The notes: generated by a model not told the origin, from the sequence alone. Shown: positions 38,640 to 47,966, numbered from the stretch's first letter. The stretch: DNA of 62,005 bases from a virus (IMGVR_UViG_3300025000_000103:1-62005), one strand, 5' to 3'. Numbers and translations are program-made.

Positions 38640-39588
38640 ACAATGCCACCATAGCCTTGACCGTTTCAGAGATATCGTTTGCAGGCAAGCATTTCCTCGG
38701 CTCGACTTCGCCTTTCAGGATTGCAACCAGTTCCTTTGCCATTTCTCTCTGATCGCCTTCGGTTATCCAATAATCAGCATACTCATTCCCGCGGTAGGAT
38801 ATCAGTTTAGCCCCACAAGCCTTCGCTTCCATCGCCAGCCGGTCAAAGTCACCGTAGCGCACCAAGCCAATATAAAAATCAGTCGAGCAGAAAGCGTTTA
38901 TCAAATCTTCCTGAGCAAGCGGTGTACCGCTCAGATACGATTTGTATGCCGTCCCGTTACTGTAGACCAGCGGCATAAACCAACGATGCTGATCTCTCGG
39001 CAGATAATGGGCATGCAGCACAGCGTCCGGGATTTCCTTAACCACCCACGGCCACAACATAAACAGATCCAAAGGCCATTTGATATAATGGCAGTTCTCA
39101 GCCGTGAAAACAGAAGGATTACCGGCATACTTCCCGCGTGTTGGCATTGGCTTAAATGTCGATGTATCAACACCCATCGGCACAAGTTCAACCCGTGTGT
39201 TTTTGTTTGCCATGCTCTTGAGTATCGCCTGATGCCTTGGCCACCATGTGACGGTTGCGTCAGCAATCCTCAAATAATTCATGAGCATCATCCACGCATC
39301 GCCAGCACCGTACCCATGGTTTAACCCGGCTTCCACTGCCGACTGAAAACAATGTTCCGGCGTTCCATGCGCGACATACACAACCTTCTTCGCTTTCCCT
39401 GTTAACAAAATTTTGTCTGGGATGTGAGAATGTAAAACATGGACATCAGCGTCCACGTCTTGCAGTTGTTCCGTCTGTGTACTTACCAGGAAAGAATCGT
39501 GCCCGGCCTTGCACTCACCAGCTGAGATATCCCGCGCCATATGGTGCAGGCCGGACCCATTTGTTAATGTCCAATGACAAATTTTCAT
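38626..39588 (-). CDS. GT-B (GT4-like) glycosyltransferase
   Basis: SG..H, VHVLHSH, VAHGT, VPMGVD...F.P, AMEAKACG. Confidence 0.85.
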   Translation of the reverse strand: MKICHWTLTNGSGLHHMARDISAGECKAGHDSFLVSTQTEQLQDVDADVHVLHSHIPDKILLTGKAKKVVYVAHGTPEHCFQSAVEAGLNHGYGAGDAWMMLMNYLRIADATVTWWPRHQAILKSMANKNTRVELVPMGVDTSTFKPMPTRGKYAGNPSVFTAENCHYIKWPLDLFMLWPWVVKEIPDAVLHAHYLPRDQHRWFMPLVYSNGTAYKSYLSGTPLAQEDLINAFCSTDFYIGLVRYGDFDRLAMEAKACGAKLISYRGNEYADYWITEGDQREMAKELVAILKGEVEPRKCLPANDISETVKAMVALYESL

Positions 39589-40343
39589 TAAGCGTGGTAA
39601 CTCGCTACAGTTGAGTCTGTGGTTGAAATAATAACGCTCAAGCTTGCCGCCTTACTGTCTCCTGTTGCCAAGTTCGAAGATGCAATTACACTGTTCGAAG
39701 TCGCCCGGCTTGTCGAAGCTGACAGGTTTGTCGAAGCAATGGTAGACAAAGACGTTGCCTTTGAATCGCCAGTCGAAAGATTGGTCGAAGCGATTACACT
39801 ATTTGACGTTGCCCGGCTGGTTGATGCGGACAAGTTCGTCGAGGCAATAACGCTATTGCTGGTTGCCCTGCTGGTATTGCCGGAAATCAACACGCTGTTA
39901 CTCGCAGCTTTTGAGTCCGAAGTGACAAGGTTGGAACTGATAACAACACTGTTGCTGGTCGCTTTGGAGTCGGAGGCAGATGCTTCATAAGGTGATACGC
40001 TAAACCCGCGACCGTCATAAACCAGGGAATACCCAGAGGCAAGAACGGCTTTGATAATCGGAATTTCAGTGCCGTCAACATCACGCTGTAATGTCACGGT
40101 GCTGCTGGTATCGTCGGCGTTGTAGATAACCAAACTCTTCACCCGGCGTGATACAAAGTCAGCTTCAGGCGCGGCAAGGATTGTTTTATCTGTTGCGCCG
40201 GTTATCGACCCTGCGGTGCTGCCGGGAATCTTTTTGCCGCTGTTGTAATACTCATCCTCATACGAGATATGGTATGTCGGCTCCGTTGCATTCGCTGACC
40301 CTGCCGCGAAAACTTCCAAACTGTTTAAGGCTGTTAATTCCAT
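39588..40343 (-). CDS. Ser/Thr-rich repeat protein
   Basis: AGGAG RBS before MELTAL; C-terminal ~18-aa repeats (TSRATSNSVIASTNLSAS / DSKATS..). Confidence 0.8.
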   Translation of the reverse strand: MELTALNSLEVFAAGSANATEPTYHISYEDEYYNSGKKIPGSTAGSITGATDKTILAAPEADFVSRRVKSLVIYNADDTSSTVTLQRDVDGTEIPIIKAVLASGYSLVYDGRGFSVSPYEASASDSKATSNSVVISSNLVTSDSKAASNSVLISGNTSRATSNSVIASTNLSASTSRATSNSVIASTNLSTGDSKATSLSTIASTNLSASTSRATSNSVIASSNLATGDSKAASLSVIISTTDSTVASYHA

Positions 40344-40362
40344 TTCGTTTTCTCCTGTCTTT

Positions 40363-40845
40363 TTATTGTATTGCCTCAATATACATGAGGAAAGATGAGT
40401 TATTTACTGCGTTATTAGTTACTGTTACTGTCCATTGATACGGTGCATGCGGGTGGAGATATGCTACATTCCCTGCCTCGCCCTCGCCCATTATATTAAA
40501 AGTGCTTGCCGTGTTGTCGATTACGTTCAACCCGCTGCCGGATGCGGAGATGATTGTAAGCCCACGGCTATCAACAATTTGCAGGTCGCTGTTGTCTGTC
40601 GGGCCTGTTGCTCCCGGCACGATGTCAATCCAACAGAACTTGTTATCAAGCCGCGCCATAACACCAGTTGGGATAGTGGCAACCGCTGTGCCGGGGGTAG
40701 TGTCAAACGTGCATGTCACTACCTGCAACGTGTTACCTGTCCCAGATCTCTCCGGGGTTATTTGCCCGGAATCAACACACGTCATTGCCCCGATAGCTTG
40801 GCTTGCATAGAGGGTGAAAAGAGCTGCTAAAAAAATACGTTTCAT
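40363..40845 (-). CDS. Secreted beta-sandwich hypothetical protein
   Basis: Signal peptide MKRIFLAALFTLYASQAIG; coupled to the portal stop. Confidence 0.7.
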   Translation of the reverse strand: MKRIFLAALFTLYASQAIGAMTCVDSGQITPERSGTGNTLQVVTCTFDTTPGTAVATIPTGVMARLDNKFCWIDIVPGATGPTDNSDLQIVDSRGLTIISASGSGLNVIDNTASTFNIMGEGEAGNVAYLHPHAPYQWTVTVTNNAVNNSSFLMYIEAIQ

Positions 40846-42950
40846 TGGTTTATTTCTCCCTGCATTTCTTGGCCCGGCATTTCCTGCTCTGGCTGGTATG
40901 CTTCCGGTTGTGGTGCCGGAGGTGTCTGGATATTTTGAATTTGTGTTTCATCGACAATTCCTTTGGCAACATCTACAACTGCGTCACCAATATCGCCTAT
41001 TGCCGGGTTTTGCTGGAGGTACCCGGCTGCTTCCATCGCTGACAGCAGAGCTTCAATCCCTTTCTTTATCTGGTCGACATCTGACTGTTTCTCTTTGATA
41101 TCAAGCTCACGGTCTTTCTGAGCTGTCATGATTTCGAGCTTGACTTGTTTCTTGGCGTCCTCAACCATCTGCTTGACTTGTTCCGGGGTTATCTGTTGAT
41201 CAGCATCTTTAATAGCGGCAAGGAACTCTTCTCGGTTAGGAATATCCATCAGTGTCAGCAGGAACGGGAACCCTACAACTTGATAATGAGGAGGCATTGT
41301 TTCAAGCACAGCGCCAAGTGTCTGAAGCTGCTGTGCCCTGAATGTCGGGGTGCTCGGGACGTCTGAGAGCTCTACCCTCAACAACACCCGCTGAATGTCA
41401 TTGTCAAGATACTGAATACCATTTTCTTCAACCGGCACATTTATTTGTACTGGTCTTTCCGGCTTGGAAACAGAAGCCGGGATAATAATCTCTTGTTGCT
41501 CGCTGCCCATGTCCTCAATAATTAATTCAAGCAACAAATTGCCAACCGCTGTTCTCCCTTGCTTAAAATTCGAGTTAATTGCAGCCAACCCTTGGGATGA
41601 CTGCTCAACCAATGTATCAAGCGCTACCCCGGACTTTGCCTCACCACCTTGTCCCATGTAGGCGTCATGGATATTCGAGACACGCTTGATTGATTCCCGG
41701 CAGTCAACAAGACGCTGGTATTGCTGCTGATTAAGTTCAAAGTCGCGGTCAACCTTGAATACCCCACCATCGCGCATTTTCTGCGCATCAAGAACAATAT
41801 CAGCGTCGGGTCTGCCGACCTCATATTGCAAATCTGCATCAGATCCTGCGTATGCACCCTCTGTCCTGATAGTCCTTGTTGCGGCCAGCATCCACTGCAT
41901 ACGGGATATGCGAACGTTGATTTCGTCCTGCAGATACATCATGCCACGGATAAGCCCGTATGGTGCGCCGGTGCGGTCTTCTCTTTTTCCCCAAAACGGC
42001 ACATATGGAAATTTGTTGTGTTTGTAAGGAGTCGGCCCGTCCCAAAGAAGATGAGGCCCAAGCCACCATGAGAGCCTCATCCTGCTGACCAGCGCCATGA
42101 CTGGTTTGAGTTTCGCTGTTGCGATAGCCATCATGTGGGCCGGTTTTTTTGGGTCGTACTCGACCACTCGTCCATCAGGTGTTTTGATAACGAGAGCTTT
42201 TTCCCACACGCGATACCAGCACTCAAACAGGCACACCCTGTTGTTGGCTACGTCTCGCCACTCCATTTCTTCGATTGACCAGCCGCGTTCGTATTCCTGG
42301 CTCATCGCAAGAGTAGTTGAAGTCCCGCCATCAAGAGAGAGTGACGTCAAGTCTATTGCCTGCCATCCTGTCCCTGCGCCACGGATTAAATCTTCTTTGC
42401 CAGAGAACATCAAAGCAGCTTGGTCTACGTCCATCCATTTACGTCTGACAAGATAGCGAGAAGATTCGAGCATTGGCTCTTTGTCAAGCCAATCCCACCA
42501 TATTTCGTTGCGATGGACTCCCCGGCAACGGTATTTGTATTCAAAGGGATTGGGATTGCGGGAGACTTCGACCCAACCGAGGCCGACTTTTATTTGTGAT
42601 GCGTATGCGTCAGTACATGCGAGGTCGGCTTTGCTCTTGCGCTCTGCCTCATTAAGCCTGACGTTGATCGCTTCTGCAAGTTCGTCAGATCCGGTTTCTG
42701 CCTTGACACGCCAGTCAAGGCGCATCTTGGCTTCCATTCCAAGGACTGAATCTATTGTTGAGCCGATGATTGGTTCTATTGCTGGCGGGATTCCGAGTGC
42801 GGCTTGTGCCTGAAGGACTTCGGAGTCAAGCTGATTACCGTCATAGTAATCACTTTCCTTATCGGCTCTGGATCTCCAGGCAGGCTGCCAGAGGATTTCT
42901 TCGAGAAATTTGGTGTATTTGGATAGGTCGAGTTTATATGTTTTTTTCAT
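40842..42950 (-). CDS. Portal protein
   Basis: WR..ADKESDYYDGNQL, GLGWVEV, FPYVPFWG, SGVAL; ~700 aa P22/933W-type. Confidence 0.9.
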   Translation of the reverse strand: MKKTYKLDLSKYTKFLEEILWQPAWRSRADKESDYYDGNQLDSEVLQAQAALGIPPAIEPIIGSTIDSVLGMEAKMRLDWRVKAETGSDELAEAINVRLNEAERKSKADLACTDAYASQIKVGLGWVEVSRNPNPFEYKYRCRGVHRNEIWWDWLDKEPMLESSRYLVRRKWMDVDQAALMFSGKEDLIRGAGTGWQAIDLTSLSLDGGTSTTLAMSQEYERGWSIEEMEWRDVANNRVCLFECWYRVWEKALVIKTPDGRVVEYDPKKPAHMMAIATAKLKPVMALVSRMRLSWWLGPHLLWDGPTPYKHNKFPYVPFWGKREDRTGAPYGLIRGMMYLQDEINVRISRMQWMLAATRTIRTEGAYAGSDADLQYEVGRPDADIVLDAQKMRDGGVFKVDRDFELNQQQYQRLVDCRESIKRVSNIHDAYMGQGGEAKSGVALDTLVEQSSQGLAAINSNFKQGRTAVGNLLLELIIEDMGSEQQEIIIPASVSKPERPVQINVPVEENGIQYLDNDIQRVLLRVELSDVPSTPTFRAQQLQTLGAVLETMPPHYQVVGFPFLLTLMDIPNREEFLAAIKDADQQITPEQVKQMVEDAKKQVKLEIMTAQKDRELDIKEKQSDVDQIKKGIEALLSAMEAAGYLQQNPAIGDIGDAVVDVAKGIVDETQIQNIQTPPAPQPEAYQPEQEMPGQEMQGEINQ

Positions 42951-42955
42951 CGCAC

Positions 42956-43004
42956 AATAAAAAAGCCCGCATGGACACACCGAAGTGCATCACATGCGGG
43001 CTTT
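42956..43004 (-). terminator. Terminator-like hairpin immediately upstream of the portal gene
   Basis: AAAGCCCGCATG...CATGCGGGCTTT followed by a T-run on the minus strand. Confidence 0.7.
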
Positions 43005-43149
43005 AGCTAATCCTCCGTGAGGGAGCTATCCGTAACCGCTAATTTAAAATAGTACTGATTATCTGTTTATATACATATTCCTGCAAAAAATGCAAGTATT
43101 ATTTTTTAACGTCTTACCATCCTCAGAAGCATACAGCCAAAATTGTTTA

Positions 43150-43452
43150 TTATAAAACTTTTTCTATCTTCGCAATCCATTTCTCAATCACTCCTGGCCC
43201 AGGCATCTTATCAAAACACGCTGACGCCTGCCCGATGATCTCAGGCACATCGCTATCACCCAACTTACCGATTGACAGCAGATACTGGTATTCGCCGGTG
43301 CCCTCAACAAATAGTTGATAGCTGACTGATAATATCACATAGTCATCAGGGATACAAGCAGCAGCGCGGCGATAGACATCAATCAGTATTCTATCAACCG
43401 TGTTCTCCTGCTTCGGCGTCATGTGGTCAAATCTGTCTTTCCAGTTTGTCAT
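43150..43452 (-). CDS. Hypothetical protein
   Basis: GAGG RBS; between TerL and portal. Confidence 0.6.
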   Translation of the reverse strand: MTNWKDRFDHMTPKQENTVDRILIDVYRRAAACIPDDYVILSVSYQLFVEGTGEYQYLLSIGKLGDSDVPEIIGQASACFDKMPGPGVIEKWIAKIEKVL

Positions 43453-43572
43453 TTTGCATCCTCTTGCCTAACACTTTTTTCTTTAAGTATCCACCGTGGG
43501 GCTAGTTGGCATTTATGCCATGACACGGCTTAATTTAATAAAAAACTTAAATTCTCTTTTTTGCTCCTTTTT

Positions 43573-45117
43573 TTACCGACCTACTCGCCAGTCTGGATGT
43601 GGTCGCCGTCCTTGTGTCTGTTTCCGAGGTTGCCGCGCGTTATCTGCCATTACGCCAGGGCCAATATTTAAAATACCACGGGCCAGCGTTTCATATCCGT
43701 CATATCCATGCGAAGCCCAATCGTGCAAAGGGCTGTCCTTGAAGGTAGACTTGTCTTCGTCCCATTCCCTGCGGAAAAAATCTAAACACTTTATCCCACG
43801 TTCGCATCGCTCAATATCAAAATAACAGGTTGCCAAAAACTTCCGGCTCTCGTTTATAGCAACGATCTTTGTTGGCGTCCTGGGGATGATATGGAGGTTG
43901 CGTAAGCCTAGGTCATAAAGTTGTTGTTCAGCCGTCTTCGGGTTTTCTGATGTGGTCATTACCCTTTTCCCGCCATCATGAGGAAGAAAATGGTTCCCGT
44001 AAATATACTCTTTCTCCTGTAATATCTTGACATAATGACCCCAACCGAGGCCAGAATTGGAATAATAGTCTATGATCTTATCTTCGAATCCATCCCGTTG
44101 ATGAAACCATATTGTCGTCTCATCATTAACCCCGATATCCCAGCCAGTATTAACTGGTATTGTTATGTCTACAGGGATCTTGCAGAATTGTTTATTTTTC
44201 CTGGCGTTAGCCATTTGCACGGCAAGATATGAACCTTCAACGCTTGTTTTAAATGCTTCTTCTGGCGTTGAAGGGTGTTCTTGGAATACTTTTTCTCCTA
44301 ATTTCCGGTGTTTCTCAGCCCACCATGCCATCTGTTCTTTGTCTAAATTGATACCAGCCTTGGCAAGCTCTGCAAAATATTGTTTGTCATCCTCAGAAAT
44401 AACAACCCATTTTGGTGATAACCTGTTCTTTGGATCTTCAAACCATGCAAAAAAATGCAGCTTATATTGCATCCTATTGAGTGGCGTGCCTGCTTGCTGC
44501 CGGTGTAAGGCTTCCATGCAATAGTCATAAAAATACCCGCCGTTCCCTTCAGCGGTTGACTCTATAAAAACAACACCGCCTTCATGAACTGCCTCTAGCG
44601 TCCCTGTAATGACCTCCAGCGCACGAGAAGGGAATCTTGCGCACAGCTTACCAAACTCAGAGATATGGACAAACTGGTACGTGCCGGAACGCAGGGACAG
44701 ACCGACTTCAATCGTGCTGCCGTTGCTGAATTTCAGCATTTTTGCTGTGTTGGTATCTGCCTGTCTGGCTTGCTTCAATCCTTCTGGCAAATTGTCATAG
44801 GGGAATTTTACTTTTTTCGAGAAGATTTTCTCGACTTCGTCGCGCCCGTGGGCGGTAAATCCAACAGAGTGGTTATCTTCGAAAAGGGCTGTGTCAAGCC
44901 CAAGGATTGCAATCTCTGTGGTGAATCCATGTTGGCGGCTCTTGAGGATTAGATTCCACCACCACATATCCGTGATTAGTTTATTTTGAGCGTAATTTAG
45001 TCTAAAAGGAACTCTTCTCCCCCGCTCATCAACACAGTAATATAGATTGTTAAGCCTCCATAACGGGTTCTCAAAATGCTCAATTACCTGTATTCGCTTA
45101 TCAATCGTCTTCTTCAT
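43573..45117 (-). CDS. terL: Terminase large subunit
   Basis: ILKSRQHGFTT (Walker A), VHISE (Walker B), ESTAEG, GWDIG..D, HDWASHGYD. Confidence 0.95.
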   Translation of the reverse strand: MKKTIDKRIQVIEHFENPLWRLNNLYYCVDERGRRVPFRLNYAQNKLITDMWWWNLILKSRQHGFTTEIAILGLDTALFEDNHSVGFTAHGRDEVEKIFSKKVKFPYDNLPEGLKQARQADTNTAKMLKFSNGSTIEVGLSLRSGTYQFVHISEFGKLCARFPSRALEVITGTLEAVHEGGVVFIESTAEGNGGYFYDYCMEALHRQQAGTPLNRMQYKLHFFAWFEDPKNRLSPKWVVISEDDKQYFAELAKAGINLDKEQMAWWAEKHRKLGEKVFQEHPSTPEEAFKTSVEGSYLAVQMANARKNKQFCKIPVDITIPVNTGWDIGVNDETTIWFHQRDGFEDKIIDYYSNSGLGWGHYVKILQEKEYIYGNHFLPHDGGKRVMTTSENPKTAEQQLYDLGLRNLHIIPRTPTKIVAINESRKFLATCYFDIERCERGIKCLDFFRREWDEDKSTFKDSPLHDWASHGYDGYETLARGILNIGPGVMADNARQPRKQTQGRRPHPDWRVGR

Positions 45118-45574
45118 CAGGGATTAGCTTGAAAATTCCGGGGCTGCGTTTGGCTACTTCTGCGAGGACTTCTGACAATGGGTCTGATTTCTGTTTGTTA
45201 TCTTTCTCCCAAGCGCCAACATGCTTACCAAGGAGATCCAGGGCTTTATTTGCCCCGGCAGAATCGAAACGATATTCTCCGACCTCTTTAATTTCTCCAT
45301 CGACCTTAACCGTAACTGGTTCTGCCTGCATGCAACGTTCTGCGACTGTCTTGAGCGATTGTATGACATAATCCACGCTTACGTCGTTTCTAGCTGCTAT
45401 TTCCTCTTGTTTCCTCGCTATTTCTGCTTGAATGTTAATTTTTGTCAACAGTTTGCTGCCAATTTGTCTGGCTGTACTTTCTGAATAACCGGCCCGGATA
45501 GCAGCCTGTGAAGCGTTAAAATCCTTCACATATTCTTCAACAAACATTTGTTGTTTATCTGTCACCTTTGCCAT
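45101..45574 (-). CDS. terS: Terminase small subunit
   Basis: FVEEYVKDFNASQAAIRAGYS, ANKALDLLGKH. Confidence 0.93.
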   Translation of the reverse strand: MAKVTDKQQMFVEEYVKDFNASQAAIRAGYSESTARQIGSKLLTKINIQAEIARKQEEIAARNDVSVDYVIQSLKTVAERCMQAEPVTVKVDGEIKEVGEYRFDSAGANKALDLLGKHVGAWEKDNKQKSDPLSEVLAEVAKRSPGIFKLIPDEEDD

Positions 45575-45605
45575 ACCAAAACCTCATGCAAACTGCAACC
45601 TTCTC

Positions 45606-45782
45606 CTAAAACCCCTCACGGAATGAACCAGTTGTTTCAATCACCTTAGAACTTATCCCGCCATTACGAGTGTTTACTTCGATAGTGACAGTGTAGCGGA
45701 ACGTGCCTGTTTTTTTGCCTATACAAATCGCTATCAGTTCAGCGCGAATGCGGGATAATATGTCTTCAATCTTGTCTAGCAT
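45606..45782 (-). CDS. Small hypothetical protein (58 aa, not in ORF track)
   Basis: AGGAG RBS; MLDKIEDILSRIRAEL... Confidence 0.5.
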   Translation of the reverse strand: MLDKIEDILSRIRAELIAICIGKKTGTFRYTVTIEVNTRNGGISSKVIETTGSFREGF

Positions 45783-45962
45783 TCACTCCTCGAAATCCAG
45801 TTCCTTTTCCCGGCCCAGATCATCCAAGGGACAATCATCAGGCACCACAAATCCATCAATATCAACCTCTGGATGCCCACCAATCCTGCAACGTGACACC
45901 AATTTAGCCAAAAAATATGGGCACATGTCACACAGGTTAATTATGATTATCTTTGTTGACAT
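45783..45962 (-). CDS. Small Cys-rich protein (59 aa, not in ORF track)
   Basis: MSTKIIIINLCDMCPY...VPDDCPL. Confidence 0.55.
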   Translation of the reverse strand: MSTKIIIINLCDMCPYFLAKLVSRCRIGGHPEVDIDGFVVPDDCPLDDLGREKELDFEE

Positions 45963-45969
45963 ATTTTGT

Positions 45970-46055
45970 TGGAGGAGGGCAGACGAATCGAACGCCCATG
46001 TTTTACCATGCCCAGGGGTTCAAGCCCTGTTGCCAACCATTTAGCGGTGCCCTCC
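45970..46055 (-). tRNA. tRNA-Ser(UGA), non-canonical 8/4 (allo-tRNA-like) fold
   Basis: GGAGGGCA/TGCCCTCC acceptor, CAGGG-CTTGAAC-CCCTG anticodon arm, long V arm, GGCG-TTCGATT-CGTC, encoded TCCA. Confidence 0.85.
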
Positions 46056-46143
46056 TGGCGGTAGGTATATGATTCGAACATATGCTAGTTTTAACCAGTC
46101 CTCTGATTAGCAATCAGGAGCATTACCACTCTGCCAACCTACC
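46056..46143 (-). tRNA. tRNA-Ser(GCU)
   Basis: GGTAGGT/ACCTACC acceptor, TTGCTAA loop, long V arm, ATATG-TTCGAAT-CATAT, GCCA. Confidence 0.93.
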
Positions 46144-46452
46144 TATTGCCTCCAAAATAAAAAAGGGCCACACCGTATGCGCTCGGTGCAGCCCCATGCC
46201 GGGAGGAGATGGAGGACCGGCAGACATTTATACCTATTAATCTATATGCACCGTCACAAAATTGCAAATAAAAATATCATTACCACAAAAAAACATCTAC
46301 CATCAAAGACGCATTTAGCGCCCACAAAATCAAACATGCGCCGGGGACATGGCTCATTCTGCGGTTTCAGTGTCAAACTTTATTTTATCAATCATGTTTG
46401 ATTTATGCATAACTACACGTTTTTATTGATGATAATATTTTATCAATTGTAC

Positions 46453-46481
46453 TTGACTTGTGGCATGGGAGGTGCTATATT
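46453..46481 (+). promoter_or_regulatory. Sigma70-like early promoter
   Basis: TTGACT-N17-TATATT. Confidence 0.7.
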
Positions 46482-46856
46482 ATTAATCAAAGGGCAGGGC
46501 AATTAAACAAAAAAAGGAGACAACCATGAAAAGTAAGTTCGAGAGAAGGGCAACCAGGGTGGAGATGGGACAAACGTCCCCTAATTTTTCAAAAGGATTC
46601 CCCTGGGACAGGCCGACTGTGCCGCCTGGCTTTTACCGGGCCGCTTACGGCCTGGTATATGCAAAGGGGTATGGACCGGTACGTCATTACCCGGTCAACC
46701 ACGAGACTGGTATACTCCCGATTGGCGGGGAGTAGGTCAGGTCGGTCTGGGGACGGATGCTACATTGGCAGCAATGACGGTGGGTCGTAATCCCTTCGTA
46801 AATCAGGTCAGGTCGGTCGGGAGGTGCTATATTATTAATCAAAGGGCAGGGCAATT
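46467..46856 (+). repeat. 38-bp perfect direct repeat (46467-46504 and 46819-46856)
   Basis: GGGAGGTGCTATATTATTAATCAAAGGGCAGGGCAATT twice. Confidence 0.95.
46526..46735 (+). CDS. Early hypothetical protein
   Basis: AAGGAG RBS. Confidence 0.6.
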   Translation: MKSKFERRATRVEMGQTSPNFSKGFPWDRPTVPPGFYRAAYGLVYAKGYGPVRHYPVNHETGILPIGGE

Positions 46857-46884
46857 CAGCCAAAAAAAAGAGAGGGGATGGACC

Positions 46885-47064
46885 ATGAAAGATATCCAGG
46901 CAAGGCGAGAAGAAATCCAAAAAACGGAGGAAGAACTCCGCAAATACCAAAACATGATGACCTGCCGTGTGGTAAGACATCATATCGACAATCTCTTGCA
47001 ACGACTGGTTGAGCTTACCGGCTTCGATATCAACACGATTACTGGTATATATCGTTCGAAATAA
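46885..47064 (+). CDS. Early hypothetical protein
   Basis: GAGGGG RBS, MKDIQARR. Confidence 0.55.
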   Translation: MKDIQARREEIQKTEEELRKYQNMMTCRVVRHHIDNLLQRLVELTGFDINTITGIYRSK

Positions 47065-47105
47065 CCCGGTTGATGCCTACAAAAAATCTACAGAGAGGAA
47101 AAATC

Positions 47106-47483
47106 ATGCATAATCAAGAAATTATAACAATCCTGGACGCATTGCAGACAAAGAAGTCATGGCTCAGAACTCAGTACAACAACTTTTGTACTGATTGGGC
47201 GGCACTGACCGCAGACGTTGAGCCAGCAGAAAAGGTGTATCTGTTTGATGAGGACGAATACAGTTTTTTCTTGCTCACCGGAGATGACAGGCTTGATTAC
47301 GATTACGAAAGCGGATATGGTGGCACTTGCTCTTCCAGAGAATACCCGCAAGAGACCATCAGCCGCATTCGCAAGGTTGCGCGAGCTAGCGGCAAAATCG
47401 CCAATTGGGTGAAGGACAAACAGCTGGAAATTGACCGGCTGAATACCGATGGAGAAATTTTTAGAAACCTTATTACCCGTTAA
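47106..47483 (+). CDS. Early hypothetical protein
   Basis: GAGG RBS, MHNQEII. Confidence 0.6.
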   Translation: MHNQEIITILDALQTKKSWLRTQYNNFCTDWAALTADVEPAEKVYLFDEDEYSFFLLTGDDRLDYDYESGYGGTCSSREYPQETISRIRKVARASGKIANWVKDKQLEIDRLNTDGEIFRNLITR

Positions 47484-47594
47484 CCATTCCCCCGGCACTG
47501 GAACTTAACACGTTCCAGAGCCGTGAGCGGTTAAACTGACCCGGCAGAATCCGGGATCAAACCAAAGCCCGTGAAGGGCAAAGGAAGGATTATT

Positions 47595-47966
47595 ATGAAG
47601 ACTTTAAAAATTGGTGATGTTAAAACTTGCCGCCCGAAACCTGAAAACCCGAGGGATTGGCCAGATTGTCCGGCCGATCTCGAAGTATGGGCCAGCTACG
47701 AAGGGTGGGAGGAGGGCGATATTGCGTTTTTTGCACCTAAAGGGTGCCAATGGGTGCCCTTCCCCGGTGGAGGTTGGCAGTTGGTGCTGACCGCCACATC
47801 GGCCAGGAATGAACTGGCATTTGTTTGGCCTGGCCTGGGGAAGGATAAGGTCACAAAACTTCGCCGCAGGGTTGAAGATTGCCTGCGGAAAAACCCGTCA
47901 GCCCTGCTCGACGTTGCATCAGATTTAGCAGCAAAAGGGCAGATCAGAATTGATGACTTGATTTGA
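47595..47966 (+). CDS. Early hypothetical protein
   Basis: AAGGA RBS; LRRRVEDCLRK. Confidence 0.6.
   Translation: MKTLKIGDVKTCRPKPENPRDWPDCPADLEVWASYEGWEEGDIAFFAPKGCQWVPFPGGGWQLVLTATSARNELAFVWPGLGKDKVTKLRRRVEDCLRKNPSALLDVASDLAAKGQIRIDDLI

Noticed and set aside
38593-39324. 243-aa plus-strand ORF and other antisense ORFs across the late module
   Set aside because: They lie opposite well-supported genes and lack motifs or RBS
45970-46055. Opal suppressor or selenocysteine tRNA / stop-codon recoding
   Set aside because: The anticodon is UGA (reads UCA, Ser), not UCA, and long genes are intact in the standard code
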